63,425 nucleotides of DNA. It comes from a bacterium. Lineage in GTDB: Bacteria; Patescibacteriota; Minisyncoccia; Phycocordibacterales; Zambryskibacteraceae. This document shows, one piece after another, positions 19,032-27,064 of the stretch (the stretch's first letter is position 1; each line of letters begins with the position of its first letter). Both the position numbers and the translations under genes were made by a program. A model generated the notes under the pieces. That model saw nothing but the letters and a program-made list of their open reading frames with translations, had not been told where the DNA came from and searched no databases. The DNA is taken from contig JAUSDP010000035.1 of assembly GCA_030650605.1 (NCBI GenBank), positions 1 through 63,425 on the forward strand. The letters are read 5' to 3'.

Positions 19032-20957
19032 CTACTTGACCACTATATCATCTCCCTGGATAAACACCGGGTCACTCACAAGACGGGTGGTCAGAGGGGG
19101 GTTGTTGACAGTCACCATATCCCCCGTAACAGTATCTCGACCAGAAAAAACGATATTAGTCAGCAAACTCGGTGCCGTACCAATCTGACCAAGAGAGGGC
19201 GTGAGAGCTATTTGGAACGGTAGTTCTTTAATAGCAGAAGAGAAACCGGTATCAGACGATAACACACCTACATTCCAAGTAACCGTCTGGGATAAAGAAT
19301 CATAAGAAACATCTTCACTTGTAAAACTCGAAGGTCCTAACCAACTTACACCTTGACCTAGACGGGCAGTAACCTTCGCATCTACTAAATCACCTCGAGT
19401 ATTACCAATACTGAAAATAACAGAATAAGTAGTTTCTTCCCCCACTTTAGGAGGAATTGGACCACGATTAGAAAATGAACCCAATGAGCGAAGAACTTTT
19501 GAAGAGAAGCTAACTTGCGATGATATTCTTACGATACGGGTATCTTTGACAGAGACTGCCCCTTGTCCAACTATGTCAACAGGCACCCCTGTAATCAGAA
19601 ATGTAAGGGTCACATCATGAGCATCTCGTGACGTAGACAAATTAGGCAGAGAGGAAAATTCTAGAGTAACCTGCCCACTTTCTCCCGGTGCCAATTCTGA
19701 TAGTCCGAGACTATTAGTCAAATTCCAAACTATTTTTGAACCGCTAGAATCGTAAAGACCGTTATTCCCCGCCTTAATAGAAAGTTTGTCTAAAACCACC
19801 CCAGAAAGACTGGCCTCGAGACGAGGATTTAGCAATTTGTCCGACAAATTATTTTTGAATCTAAAAGATGTGTGAACTGTCCGAGCAGCCGGAGCGACAT
19901 AGATAGGAACATTTTCCCCGTTGAATAAAACGTCCAGTCCAATAGATGGTCGACTGATGACAATAGTGTTTAACAGAGACACAATGGTTATCTTTAGATT
20001 ATTACCCACGCCGATCGAATCTGAAACACCGGCATAAAATCGGAAAGTTCTCTCTTCTTTGTCCTCCCCGATAAGTTGTCCGCGAATGGAAATTGTTTTT
20101 TTGCTCCCCGGAGTCAAGTCTCCTAACACCCAAACATTGTTGTCATCAACAGGCTTTTGAGATGAATCGAGAACACTATATCCATGAGGATATTCAGCTT
20201 TCAAGATGACATTTTTCAGTACTTCTGTAGCGTTTAGGGCAACAGAAACTTTCATAGTAAAAGATTCTCCAGAAACAGTGGTCGATGGATTCTCAACCGT
20301 CAATACAATCGGAGAACTACCTATCACAACTTCGAATATCTTGTCTTTATAGAAAGTGGCATTTGAGCCCTTGACTTTATATTCGACCGAAAGTTTTATC
20401 TCTTTAATATCTCCAGAGGAACCTAGGAGAACCATGCGTACATTGCGAACAGTCTCGGCACCAGCCTCAATTACTCCCAAATTATCTTTTGTATAAGTCA
20501 GAGACTCGACAGTATTATCCGGATTGCGACTACCTTGTGGATATTGTATTGAAAGGTTGGCAAATTCAAGGTCAGCGTTATTACTATTTGAGATAGTGAT
20601 ACCAAGTTCAAGCACTTCCCCAGCTGATATTGACGTCGGACCCAGTACATTAATATTCACATTTTTGGAAGAAACAAAGTTAGTACCCCCCAAGAACACA
20701 AAGCCAGAAATTACGATTGCTGCTATGAAAAATAAGAGTGCGAAAATAAAAATTTTTTTCATAAAAAGACCAATCTTAAGAGGAATACGCTCATGTTTAA
20801 GCATTTCATCAAGCTCCGGAGTTTGCCATTTCTCTAGAACATCTGGTGACTCGAAGTCCTTAACTGGACTACGTTTATCTAATGGATTTCGGTAACGCGT
20901 CCGCGAGTTAAGCTTCTCATTGAGTCCCTCGATTCTGCTCTTGCCTTCTTCGTTCAT
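19032..20957 (-). CDS. large membrane-anchored hypothetical protein with repeated beta (CARDB/DUF11-like) domains
   Basis: Basic N-terminus, one TM (IFIFALLFFIAAIVISGFVFL), then about 550 aa of repeated beta-sandwich-like sequence. Confidence 0.45.
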   Translation of the reverse strand: MNEEGKSRIEGLNEKLNSRTRYRNPLDKRSPVKDFESPDVLEKWQTPELDEMLKHERIPLKIGLFMKKIFIFALLFFIAAIVISGFVFLGGTNFVSSKNVNINVLGPTSISAGEVLELGITISNSNNADLEFANLSIQYPQGSRNPDNTVESLTYTKDNLGVIEAGAETVRNVRMVLLGSSGDIKEIKLSVEYKVKGSNATFYKDKIFEVVIGSSPIVLTVENPSTTVSGESFTMKVSVALNATEVLKNVILKAEYPHGYSVLDSSQKPVDDNNVWVLGDLTPGSKKTISIRGQLIGEDKEERTFRFYAGVSDSIGVGNNLKITIVSLLNTIVISRPSIGLDVLFNGENVPIYVAPAARTVHTSFRFKNNLSDKLLNPRLEASLSGVVLDKLSIKAGNNGLYDSSGSKIVWNLTNSLGLSELAPGESGQVTLEFSSLPNLSTSRDAHDVTLTFLITGVPVDIVGQGAVSVKDTRIVRISSQVSFSSKVLRSLGSFSNRGPIPPKVGEETTYSVIFSIGNTRGDLVDAKVTARLGQGVSWLGPSSFTSEDVSYDSLSQTVTWNVGVLSSDTGFSSAIKELPFQIALTPSLGQIGTAPSLLTNIVFSGRDTVTGDMVTVNNPPLTTRLVSDPVFIQGDDIVVK

Positions 20958-21062
20958 AAAGTCTTTTTATTATAACGTTTCTGTTATGATACGCTCTTTT
21001 AAAGGCAAATTCTTTCTCATAAAGTATCTCCTCACGCTATTTAATTCTGAAAAGCACATTCT

Positions 21063-21533
21063 TTACCAGGCAAAATGCGCAAAGGCTTTGTTGGCTTCGG
21101 CCATCTTATGAGTGTTTTCACGTTTTCTAACAGCGTCACCTTCGTTATTGGAAGCGGCAATAATTTCTTCTGCGAGCTTTTCGTGCATGGGTTTACCTTT
21201 CTTGGCACGAGCAGCGTCAATAATCCACATCATCGATAGAAATTGGCGGCGTTCGGGACGCACTTCGCGAGGAATTTGGTAGTTGGCTCCACCCACACGT
21301 CTTGAACGCACCTCCATAGTTGGACCAGTATTTTTTAGCGCAGACTCGAAAATTTCCAAGGGATTAGGGTTCTTAGTTTTTTCCTTAATCACATTAAAAG
21401 ATTCGTAAACAATTTTCCTAGCAGTAGCTTTCTTGCCACGTTCCATGCAGTAGTTGATAAATTTCGTCACCTTCTCGGAATCATAGGCGTAGTCGGGTTC
21501 TATCTTTGGTTTGGCTTTTAGTTTGCGTCTCAT
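21063..21533 (-). CDS. rpsG: 30S ribosomal protein S7
   Basis: ...[24 protein letters not shown]...AHFAW C-terminus. Confidence 0.93.
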   Translation of the reverse strand: MRRKLKAKPKIEPDYAYDSEKVTKFINYCMERGKKATARKIVYESFNVIKEKTKNPNPLEIFESALKNTGPTMEVRSRRVGGANYQIPREVRPERRQFLSMMWIIDAARAKKGKPMHEKLAEEIIAASNNEGDAVRKRENTHKMAEANKAFAHFAW

Positions 21534-21563
21534 TGAAAATTATTTATAGTGAGCTTAGTCGAA

Positions 21564-21977
21564 CTATTTTACTTTAGGTCTCTTTGCTCCGTACTGACTT
21601 CTGGTTTGTTTTCTATTTTCAACACCAGTGGCATCAAGCACCCCACGTACAACAGTGTAACGCAAACCAATATCCTTAACACGGCCACCACGCAGAAGTA
21701 CTACGGAGTGCTCTTGGAGATTATGCCCAATACCAGGAATGTAGGCCGTAACTTCCATACCGTTAGTCAGACGGACTCTCGCTATTTTTCTGATAGCAGA
21801 ATTCGGTTTCTTGGGAGTTTTAGTCGTAACCTTGGTGGCCACTCCACGCTTAAAAGGAGCGTTAAAAAATACTGGACGATTCTTGATGGTGTTGAAACCG
21901 CGCGTCAAAGCAATCGCTTTGGTTTTGCGAATAAGCTTTTTCCTTTTACGCCTGATGAGTTGATTGATGGTAGACAT
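21564..21977 (-). CDS. rpsL: 30S ribosomal protein S12
   Basis: [14 protein letters not shown]..., [32 protein letters not shown]. Confidence 0.95.
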   Translation of the reverse strand: MSTINQLIRRKRKKLIRKTKAIALTRGFNTIKNRPVFFNAPFKRGVATKVTTKTPKKPNSAIRKIARVRLTNGMEVTAYIPGIGHNLQEHSVVLLRGGRVKDIGLRYTVVRGVLDATGVENRKQTRSQYGAKRPKVK

Positions 21978-22031
21978 GGAGTAATAATAAAAACGCTCCG
22001 GATGGAGAACAATACTGTACTAAAGTGAATG

Positions 22032-22649
22032 CTAAAAAGCAATACCAGTAATCAAACGAAATAGCAGGACAATGACTGGGGAAATAAACTGCCAGAGAAA
22101 TAAGATAAAGAAAATAACAAGAAAGAAACCGTATCTTTCAAAAAATCCTCTAATTTGGTAGGACTTATCTGGAAAGAAAGCGAAAAGTAGCTTGGAACCA
22201 TCGAGAGGTGGTATAGGCATGAGATTAAAGATGGCGAGCAGAATATTGATGAATACTATTATGGATACAATCTCAATAAAAGCACTGCTAGCCCCACTTG
22301 CTATACCAACGCGCAACAATAAACCAAATAAAAGCGCTAGGGACATATTCGAAACGGGTCCGGCAGAGGCTACGATTGCTTCTGACCATCTGCCAGGTTT
22401 GAGATTATAAGGATTATATGGCACCGGTTTCGCCCAACCAAAAATTATACCCACTTGAGATATATATAGTAGAAGAGGTACTAGAAATGAGCCCACGAAG
22501 TCGAGATGTTTGAGAGGGTTTAATGTCAGACGACCTTGATATTTTGCAGTCTGGTCACCTAGATAGCTTGCGGCATAGCCGTGAGAAACTTCGTGAATCA
22601 CTACAGACATGATAAGAATAACAATCTGAAAGATGAAATCTACTTGCAT
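22032..22649 (-). CDS. M50/site-2-protease-family membrane metalloprotease
   Basis: HEVSHGYAA (HExxH) in a TM helix, and NLMPIPPLDGSKL (NxxPxxxLDG). Confidence 0.8.
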   Translation of the reverse strand: MQVDFIFQIVILIMSVVIHEVSHGYAASYLGDQTAKYQGRLTLNPLKHLDFVGSFLVPLLLYISQVGIIFGWAKPVPYNPYNLKPGRWSEAIVASAGPVSNMSLALLFGLLLRVGIASGASSAFIEIVSIIVFINILLAIFNLMPIPPLDGSKLLFAFFPDKSYQIRGFFERYGFFLVIFFILFLWQFISPVIVLLFRLITGIAF

Positions 22650-22681
22650 TTGCGCATTATATCATGTAAATTGGCTGGATT

Positions 22682-22924
22682 ATGCCAAGAATTTGCCCCG
22701 TAAATAAAAAAGGTTCGAAGATGTGTGGAGGCTACTCCAACCGAACTCGTGCTACCCAATTCAACCCTACTGGGTCTGTTCGCAAGTATCCCAATCTCCA
22801 GAAAAAGCGCATTTATGTACCCGAACTTAAGAAAACTATTACTCTCATCCTCTCCACTCGAGCTATCAAAACCATAAACAAACACGGCGCTCACAGCGTC
22901 CTCAAAAAAGCCGGGGTGATTTAG
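22682..22924 (+). CDS. rpmB: 50S ribosomal protein L28
   Basis: MPRICPVNKKGSKMCGGYSNRTRATQFNPTGSVRKYPNLQKKRIYVPE.... Confidence 0.85.
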   Translation: MPRICPVNKKGSKMCGGYSNRTRATQFNPTGSVRKYPNLQKKRIYVPELKKTITLILSTRAIKTINKHGAHSVLKKAGVI

Positions 22925-23020
22925 TACTAAGAATTTAATTAATCGCTGGATAATTACCAGCCCATATGGTAATATAATAAGCGGAAGTAACGTTTTAGTG
23001 GGTTGAGGAAGGAGTAAAAA

Positions 23021-23191
23021 ATGGAAGGTTATACGATCGGCCAAAGGCCACCGGAGCTGGAGGATGACGGGTCGTTCGCGTCCCCGTTACCGGACATACG
23101 AGTGCACAGTATCGTAGACGACGAGGGGAGATTTCTCATCGTCAACAAGACTACCGGACTACTCGTCGAAGACCCCTCTGAAGACGAGTAG
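23021..23191 (+). CDS. small acidic hypothetical protein (56 aa), below the ORF-track cutoff
   Basis: ATG at 23021 preceded by GAGGAAGGAGTAAAAA (strong SD). Translates to MEGYTIGQRPPELEDDGSFASPLPDIRVHSIVDDEGRFLIVNKTTGLLVEDPSEDE*. Visibly more GC-rich than its flanks. Followed by a long hairpin and a T-rich tail. Confidence 0.4.
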   Translation: MEGYTIGQRPPELEDDGSFASPLPDIRVHSIVDDEGRFLIVNKTTGLLVEDPSEDE

Positions 23192-23254
23192 TCGCCACAT
23201 CAAGAGAGTCGCCCGTCGGTCCACGCTTCTCGGTGTGGCGACTTTCTTTATTTC
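23190..23254 (+). terminator. long hairpin with T-rich tail after the 56-aa ORF
   Basis: AGTCGCCACA (23190-23199) pairs with TGTGGCGACT (23234-23243) around a GC-rich internal segment, followed by TTCTTTATTT. Confidence 0.5.
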
Positions 23255-23364
23255 AAATCCAAAATTTTACCGTACGTCTCAAGTTTGATAATGCAGGAGT
23301 TGATGGTGCTTACAATTTTGGCGCCGATTTTTTACTGGATTGATAGAATAGGATTATTTAACTT

Positions 23365-23398
23365 ACGTTATTAGTTCACGATCGTGAGTTATTAACGT
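23365..23398. promoter_or_regulatory. 34-bp symmetric site D1 (downstream of 23441-24007)
   Basis: ACGTTA-TTAGT-TCACGATCGTGA-GTTAT-TAACGT. Perfect 12-bp palindromic core and palindromic outer arms. Same orientation and layout as U1. Confidence 0.7.
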
Positions 23399-23440
23399 AT
23401 ATAGTGAAGTAGCGAAGTAATGAAATAGTAAAATTTTCGA

Positions 23441-24007
23441 CTAAACTAAATCAAAAAATTCGCGGAGGTGTTTATCGTTTTCAATTTCATCAACAATGAG
23501 ATAAAGAATGTTCTTCCCCACCCCAAGATCAGATTTGAGAAGCGTTAGAATATCTTCGCAATCATACGGATATACCCAAACACTATCTTGCAAGAGATAG
23601 AAACCTGCTGATCTAAATAGAGTTCTGACCTGATCACGTATCTTTCTTTTCTTTTCTGGGATATCAAAAATGATTACTCTCCATTTTTTATCCCATTTCT
23701 TTGGTTTTTCCAGTTTAAAATCGGCAAATTGCCAATTACGAAGGACTTCTTCTCCTTTAGAGGTCATGCAATATCTCTTACCATCATAAAAGAGTAACCC
23801 TCGTTTAACCAACTTACTTGCAGAAGAACTGATATATTCATTTTGTCTCCGCTTTGGAACTAGACCCAGCTTGTGCATAGACTTGGCCACATTTGGCGCC
23901 ACTAGAGCGACACTTAACATTCCTACATTCGCCACAACCTGAAGAATCATTTTTTGTAAATGCTCACGATTGCCTTTCTTTTTACTTTTTTCTTCAATCT
24001 TGCCCAT
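23441..24007 (-). CDS. wHTH + Cas2/PaaX-fold domain protein (paralog 1)
   Basis: 188 aa. Hydrophobic N-terminal helix, then KLVKRGLLFYDGKRYCMTSKGEEVL (winged-helix-like), then WDKKWRVIIFDIPEKKRKIRDQVRTLFRSAGFYLLQDSVWVYPYD (W-x-W-R-hhhFDIPE...GF..LQ.SVW.YP, as in the PaaX middle domain / Cas2-like ferredoxin fold). Confidence 0.6.
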   Translation of the reverse strand: MGKIEEKSKKKGNREHLQKMILQVVANVGMLSVALVAPNVAKSMHKLGLVPKRRQNEYISSSASKLVKRGLLFYDGKRYCMTSKGEEVLRNWQFADFKLEKPKKWDKKWRVIIFDIPEKKRKIRDQVRTLFRSAGFYLLQDSVWVYPYDCEDILTLLKSDLGVGKNILYLIVDEIENDKHLREFFDLV

Positions 24008-24041
24008 ACGTTAATCATTCACGATAGTGATATTATAACGT
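24008..24041. promoter_or_regulatory. 34-bp symmetric site U1 (abuts the start codon of 23441-24007; overlaps a -10 box)
   Basis: ACGTTA-ATCAT-TCACGATAGTGA-TATTA-TAACGT. On the coding strand this reads ...ACGTTATAATATCACTATCGTGA..., i.e. TATAAT 24 nt before the ATG with the palindrome just downstream. Confidence 0.7.
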
Positions 24042-24097
24042 ATATAGAAATTTGATTATCCACAATATTTTAATGTCCTCAACAAAGCCGGGGTTAT

Positions 24098-24994
24098 TTA
24101 AAATTCACCAATAAAGCTGATTTCGGGTTCAAGTTTGTGGCCGGTTTCTTTAAAAACTTTTTCTTGAACAAGGGTGATCAATTCACGAACATTTCGCGCG
24201 GTGGCATTTCCTGTATTCACAATATAATTTGCATGCTTTTCAGGAATAAGCGCTCCGCCGATTTGTTTCCCTTTCAGTCCACATTTTTCTATTAGACGAC
24301 CAGCACCAATTCCTTCTATTTTCTTAAACACTGAGCCGCAGGAAGGAAAGCTTGATAATTGTGTTTGTTTTTGGTTTCTCCAATCCAAGTTAGCGGATAT
24401 TTGAGTTTGAATAAGTTTAGGATCTTTACTCTCTAATTCAAAAGTGGTTTCCAACACGCATATGTCTTTATTGTGATGCAAAATACTGTCGTCATATCCA
24501 AATTTGAAATAATCTTTCTCAACTTTCTTTTCTATTACACCCTCTAGAACCAAACCATGCTTAACTATCGACTCGATAAAAATGGTACTGGCCCGATCTG
24601 GTGATAAAAAGTGGAGATTCTGACGAATAGCCCCACCCACAGTACCGGGTATTCCAGCAAAATGTTCTAAACCGGAGAGACCTCTTTCTAGAGATCGACC
24701 GATTAAATCAGATATGACAGCGCCACTTTCTGCTATCAATAACTCGCCATCAAATTTGAAATTTTGAGCCTTATTATATATCACTAATCCTCTAAATCCT
24801 CCATCTCCGACCAAAATATTTGACCCACCACCTAAAACAAAAAAGGGTATACTTCTTTCTTTTGACCAATTAATTGCTTTTACCAAATCATCTTTATTAT
24901 TAGCCGTAAAAAAGTAATCAGCCTTCCCGCCAATTTTATAAGTGGTGTAGGGCGCGAGTACTACATTTTCTTTAAGATTAGTGAGGGTGGGCAT
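24098..24994 (-). CDS. murB: UDP-N-acetylenolpyruvoylglucosamine reductase
   Basis: YTTYKIGGKADYFF, FVLGGGSNILV, GIPGTVGGAIRQN, and the C-terminal MurB domain ...GSVFKK...AG.LIE.CGLKG. Confidence 0.9.
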   Translation of the reverse strand: MPTLTNLKENVVLAPYTTYKIGGKADYFFTANNKDDLVKAINWSKERSIPFFVLGGGSNILVGDGGFRGLVIYNKAQNFKFDGELLIAESGAVISDLIGRSLERGLSGLEHFAGIPGTVGGAIRQNLHFLSPDRASTIFIESIVKHGLVLEGVIEKKVEKDYFKFGYDDSILHHNKDICVLETTFELESKDPKLIQTQISANLDWRNQKQTQLSSFPSCGSVFKKIEGIGAGRLIEKCGLKGKQIGGALIPEKHANYIVNTGNATARNVRELITLVQEKVFKETGHKLEPEISFIGEF

Positions 24995-24999
24995 TCAAA

Positions 25000-25863
25000 T
25001 TATTTAATTTTTAGAGTCTTACCATCCGTTTCAAATTTTATAGTGCTAGATTCGGTGGTGCTGACTATTTTAGCACCGATTTTTTCTAAAATATCAAGGA
25101 CTTCTTTATGCGGATGGCCGTAGGTGTTATCAAGGCCTGCAGAGATAACAGCATACTCTGGGGAAACAGCCTCGGCGTAAACAAGAGATGTAGAAGTGCG
25201 TGAACCATGATGACCAGCTTTCAAAACATTAGAATCCAGAAGATTTTGACCAAAATTGAGTAAAACGTTTTCTATTCTTATAGGCGAATCACCAGTCAGC
25301 AAGAAAGATTTATCTTTATAGACGAGTCTCGCTACTATTGAAGCGCTATTTGTCTCCCAGTTAGAAACATCTTGACCATAAAGAGGAAAAAGGATTTGAA
25401 ATTTTGCCCCATCGCCGAAATTAATAACCATACCTCTTTTCGCCAAGAGCTTGGGAATATTTTTCTGTTCAAGTCTATTTTTTAATTCGTCATCAATATT
25501 ATTTTCCGATTCCACTCCGGGCTCAAGAAATAGTCCCACATCATAACGACTCACTACTTCTGGCAGACCCCCGATATGATCTTTATCTGGGTGAGTTTCC
25601 ACCATTACATCTATGCGCTTATCGGCAAAGGGTAAAATTTTTCCAAGTTCGCTCAAAACTTTTCTATTTGCCCCACCATCAACAAGAACCCTACTATGTC
25701 TAGGTGAATCTATAAGAATTGCATCACCTTGACCAACATCGAGAAAATAGACAGCCAGAATATCACTCGGTCGCCTCTGATAAATTGTAACCCAGACAAA
25801 GATATTCGATATAATAAGTGCGCCAACTAACGCCTCTCTGGTGTATTTCCTGATAAAATCCAT
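25000..25863 (-). CDS. comEC: ComEC C-terminal metallo-beta-lactamase domain protein (stand-alone)
   Basis: Start taken at Met74 of the track ORF (MDFIRKY..., ATG at 25863), because the upstream extension overlaps the divergent gene. One TM, then LDVGQGDAILI, ETHPDKDHIGG, AGHHGSRTS. Confidence 0.7.
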   Translation of the reverse strand: MDFIRKYTREALVGALIISNIFVWVTIYQRRPSDILAVYFLDVGQGDAILIDSPRHSRVLVDGGANRKVLSELGKILPFADKRIDVMVETHPDKDHIGGLPEVVSRYDVGLFLEPGVESENNIDDELKNRLEQKNIPKLLAKRGMVINFGDGAKFQILFPLYGQDVSNWETNSASIVARLVYKDKSFLLTGDSPIRIENVLLNFGQNLLDSNVLKAGHHGSRTSTSLVYAEAVSPEYAVISAGLDNTYGHPHKEVLDILEKIGAKIVSTTESSTIKFETDGKTLKIK

Positions 25864-25884
25864 TCTATATAGTATAATGTCATT

Positions 25885-26415
25885 ATGATTAAAACTTTCG
25901 AAGAAAAGAAGTTTAACATTCCCAAACTCAAGGGTATAAGCGAGAAAGCAATTGAGATACACTTGGGTCTTTACGCAGGTTATGTCAAGAATGTTAATGA
26001 ACTGTTGCAAGAGAAAGAATACAATCGTCGGTTCCCATTTGAATTCGATGGTATGAGGAATCATGAAGCTTATTTCGCGCATTTCGAAGGTGGACCCCAG
26101 CCATTTTCAAACGAAGGAAAGTTCGCCAAAGCTGGCTTTGATCTAGAAAAATTCAAGGCAGTAGCCCTCACGCGTGGAGTGGGTTGGGCTATTGTTTATT
26201 ACGATCCAATATCAAAACAACTTATGCATAGTTGGGTAGACGAACATCATCTGGGAACCTTAGCCGGTCTCTCACCCCTCCTCGTCCTTGACATGTGGGA
26301 ACATGCTTATTTTATTGACTACACGCCCGGAGAAAAAAAGAAATATATTGAAGCCTTTTTTGAAAATCTCAATTGGCAGAATGTGGAAGAAAACTTTAAA
26401 ACCGCTACTCAGTAA
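25885..26415 (+). CDS. Fe/Mn superoxide dismutase-family protein (divergent)
   Basis: LDMWEHAYFIDY matches the SOD D-x-WEHAYY signature. IEIHLGLYAGYVKNVN and NHEAYF match the N-terminal ligand regions. Confidence 0.65.
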   Translation: MIKTFEEKKFNIPKLKGISEKAIEIHLGLYAGYVKNVNELLQEKEYNRRFPFEFDGMRNHEAYFAHFEGGPQPFSNEGKFAKAGFDLEKFKAVALTRGVGWAIVYYDPISKQLMHSWVDEHHLGTLAGLSPLLVLDMWEHAYFIDYTPGEKKKYIEAFFENLNWQNVEENFKTATQ

Positions 26416-27064
26416 CAGGTCCGTAAAAACATTCTCTTTTTCTACTATAAGCAGCCCACATCCTGTCGCCGTAAGAATAGTGCCACCATTCAAGTGGATA
26501 GTTTATAAAACCAGCTTTCGTCATTGCGTCATACAATATCTTTCTATTTTTTCTCTGTTCGTCGGTAATTAAATTATTTTCAGTATGAACCTTCATCCCA
26601 AAATCAGTCAGTTCCGTTCCCATATCTAGCCTGTTACCTTCTCTATCAATCACAGTGACATCTAGTGCTCCCCCACTTTGGTGAGATGACCCTCCTGGCG
26701 GAGAGGTGTAGAGGTTAACTATTTTTCTCCATCCTCTATAATTAAATATCATTTTGAGCGGATGTTTCATAGCAAGTTGTTTTAATCTAGCGTCGTACAA
26801 TTCTTTCTGCATTCGTATAGGCCGATATGCAGTAACAATGAGAAGCTTGTAACCTATTGGTAAATTATCGGCCGCTAAATACAGGATGTCTCTCGCTTTC
26901 TTACGTAAATTAGGCGATAAATATTTATGATCACTGAGAAGCTTGATTCTGTTGTTCTCAACAATTTCAATCAATGGCTCGTTAGTTTCAAGAATATTAA
27001 TTTCCTTAATTCTCTCTAGAGGAAGTCCTTCGGTGATTTGTTCTTTGGTGTCGGGATAAGTCAT
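26405..27064 (-). CDS. D-alanyl-D-alanine dipeptidase (VanX/DdpX-like, M15)
   Basis: SSHQSGGALDVTVID..G..LDMG and EWWHYSYGD motifs. Confidence 0.75.
   Translation of the reverse strand: MTYPDTKEQITEGLPLERIKEINILETNEPLIEIVENNRIKLLSDHKYLSPNLRKKARDILYLAADNLPIGYKLLIVTAYRPIRMQKELYDARLKQLAMKHPLKMIFNYRGWRKIVNLYTSPPGGSSHQSGGALDVTVIDREGNRLDMGTELTDFGMKVHTENNLITDEQRKNRKILYDAMTKAGFINYPLEWWHYSYGDRMWAAYSRKRECFYGPVTE

Noticed and set aside
21549-22028. 159-aa plus-strand ORF
   Set aside because: It is entirely antisense to rpsL, whose product is unmistakable. It is a mirror-frame artefact.
22640-23044. 134-aa minus-strand ORF
   Set aside because: It is antisense to rpmB (L28) and overlaps the SD and start of the 56-aa ORF. 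It has no motif or start context.
25864-26082. N-terminal 73-codon extension of the ComEC MBL gene in the ORF track
   Set aside because: The extension overlaps the divergent SOD-like gene and its promoter. The Met at 25863 precedes the TM helix and gives a normal architecture.
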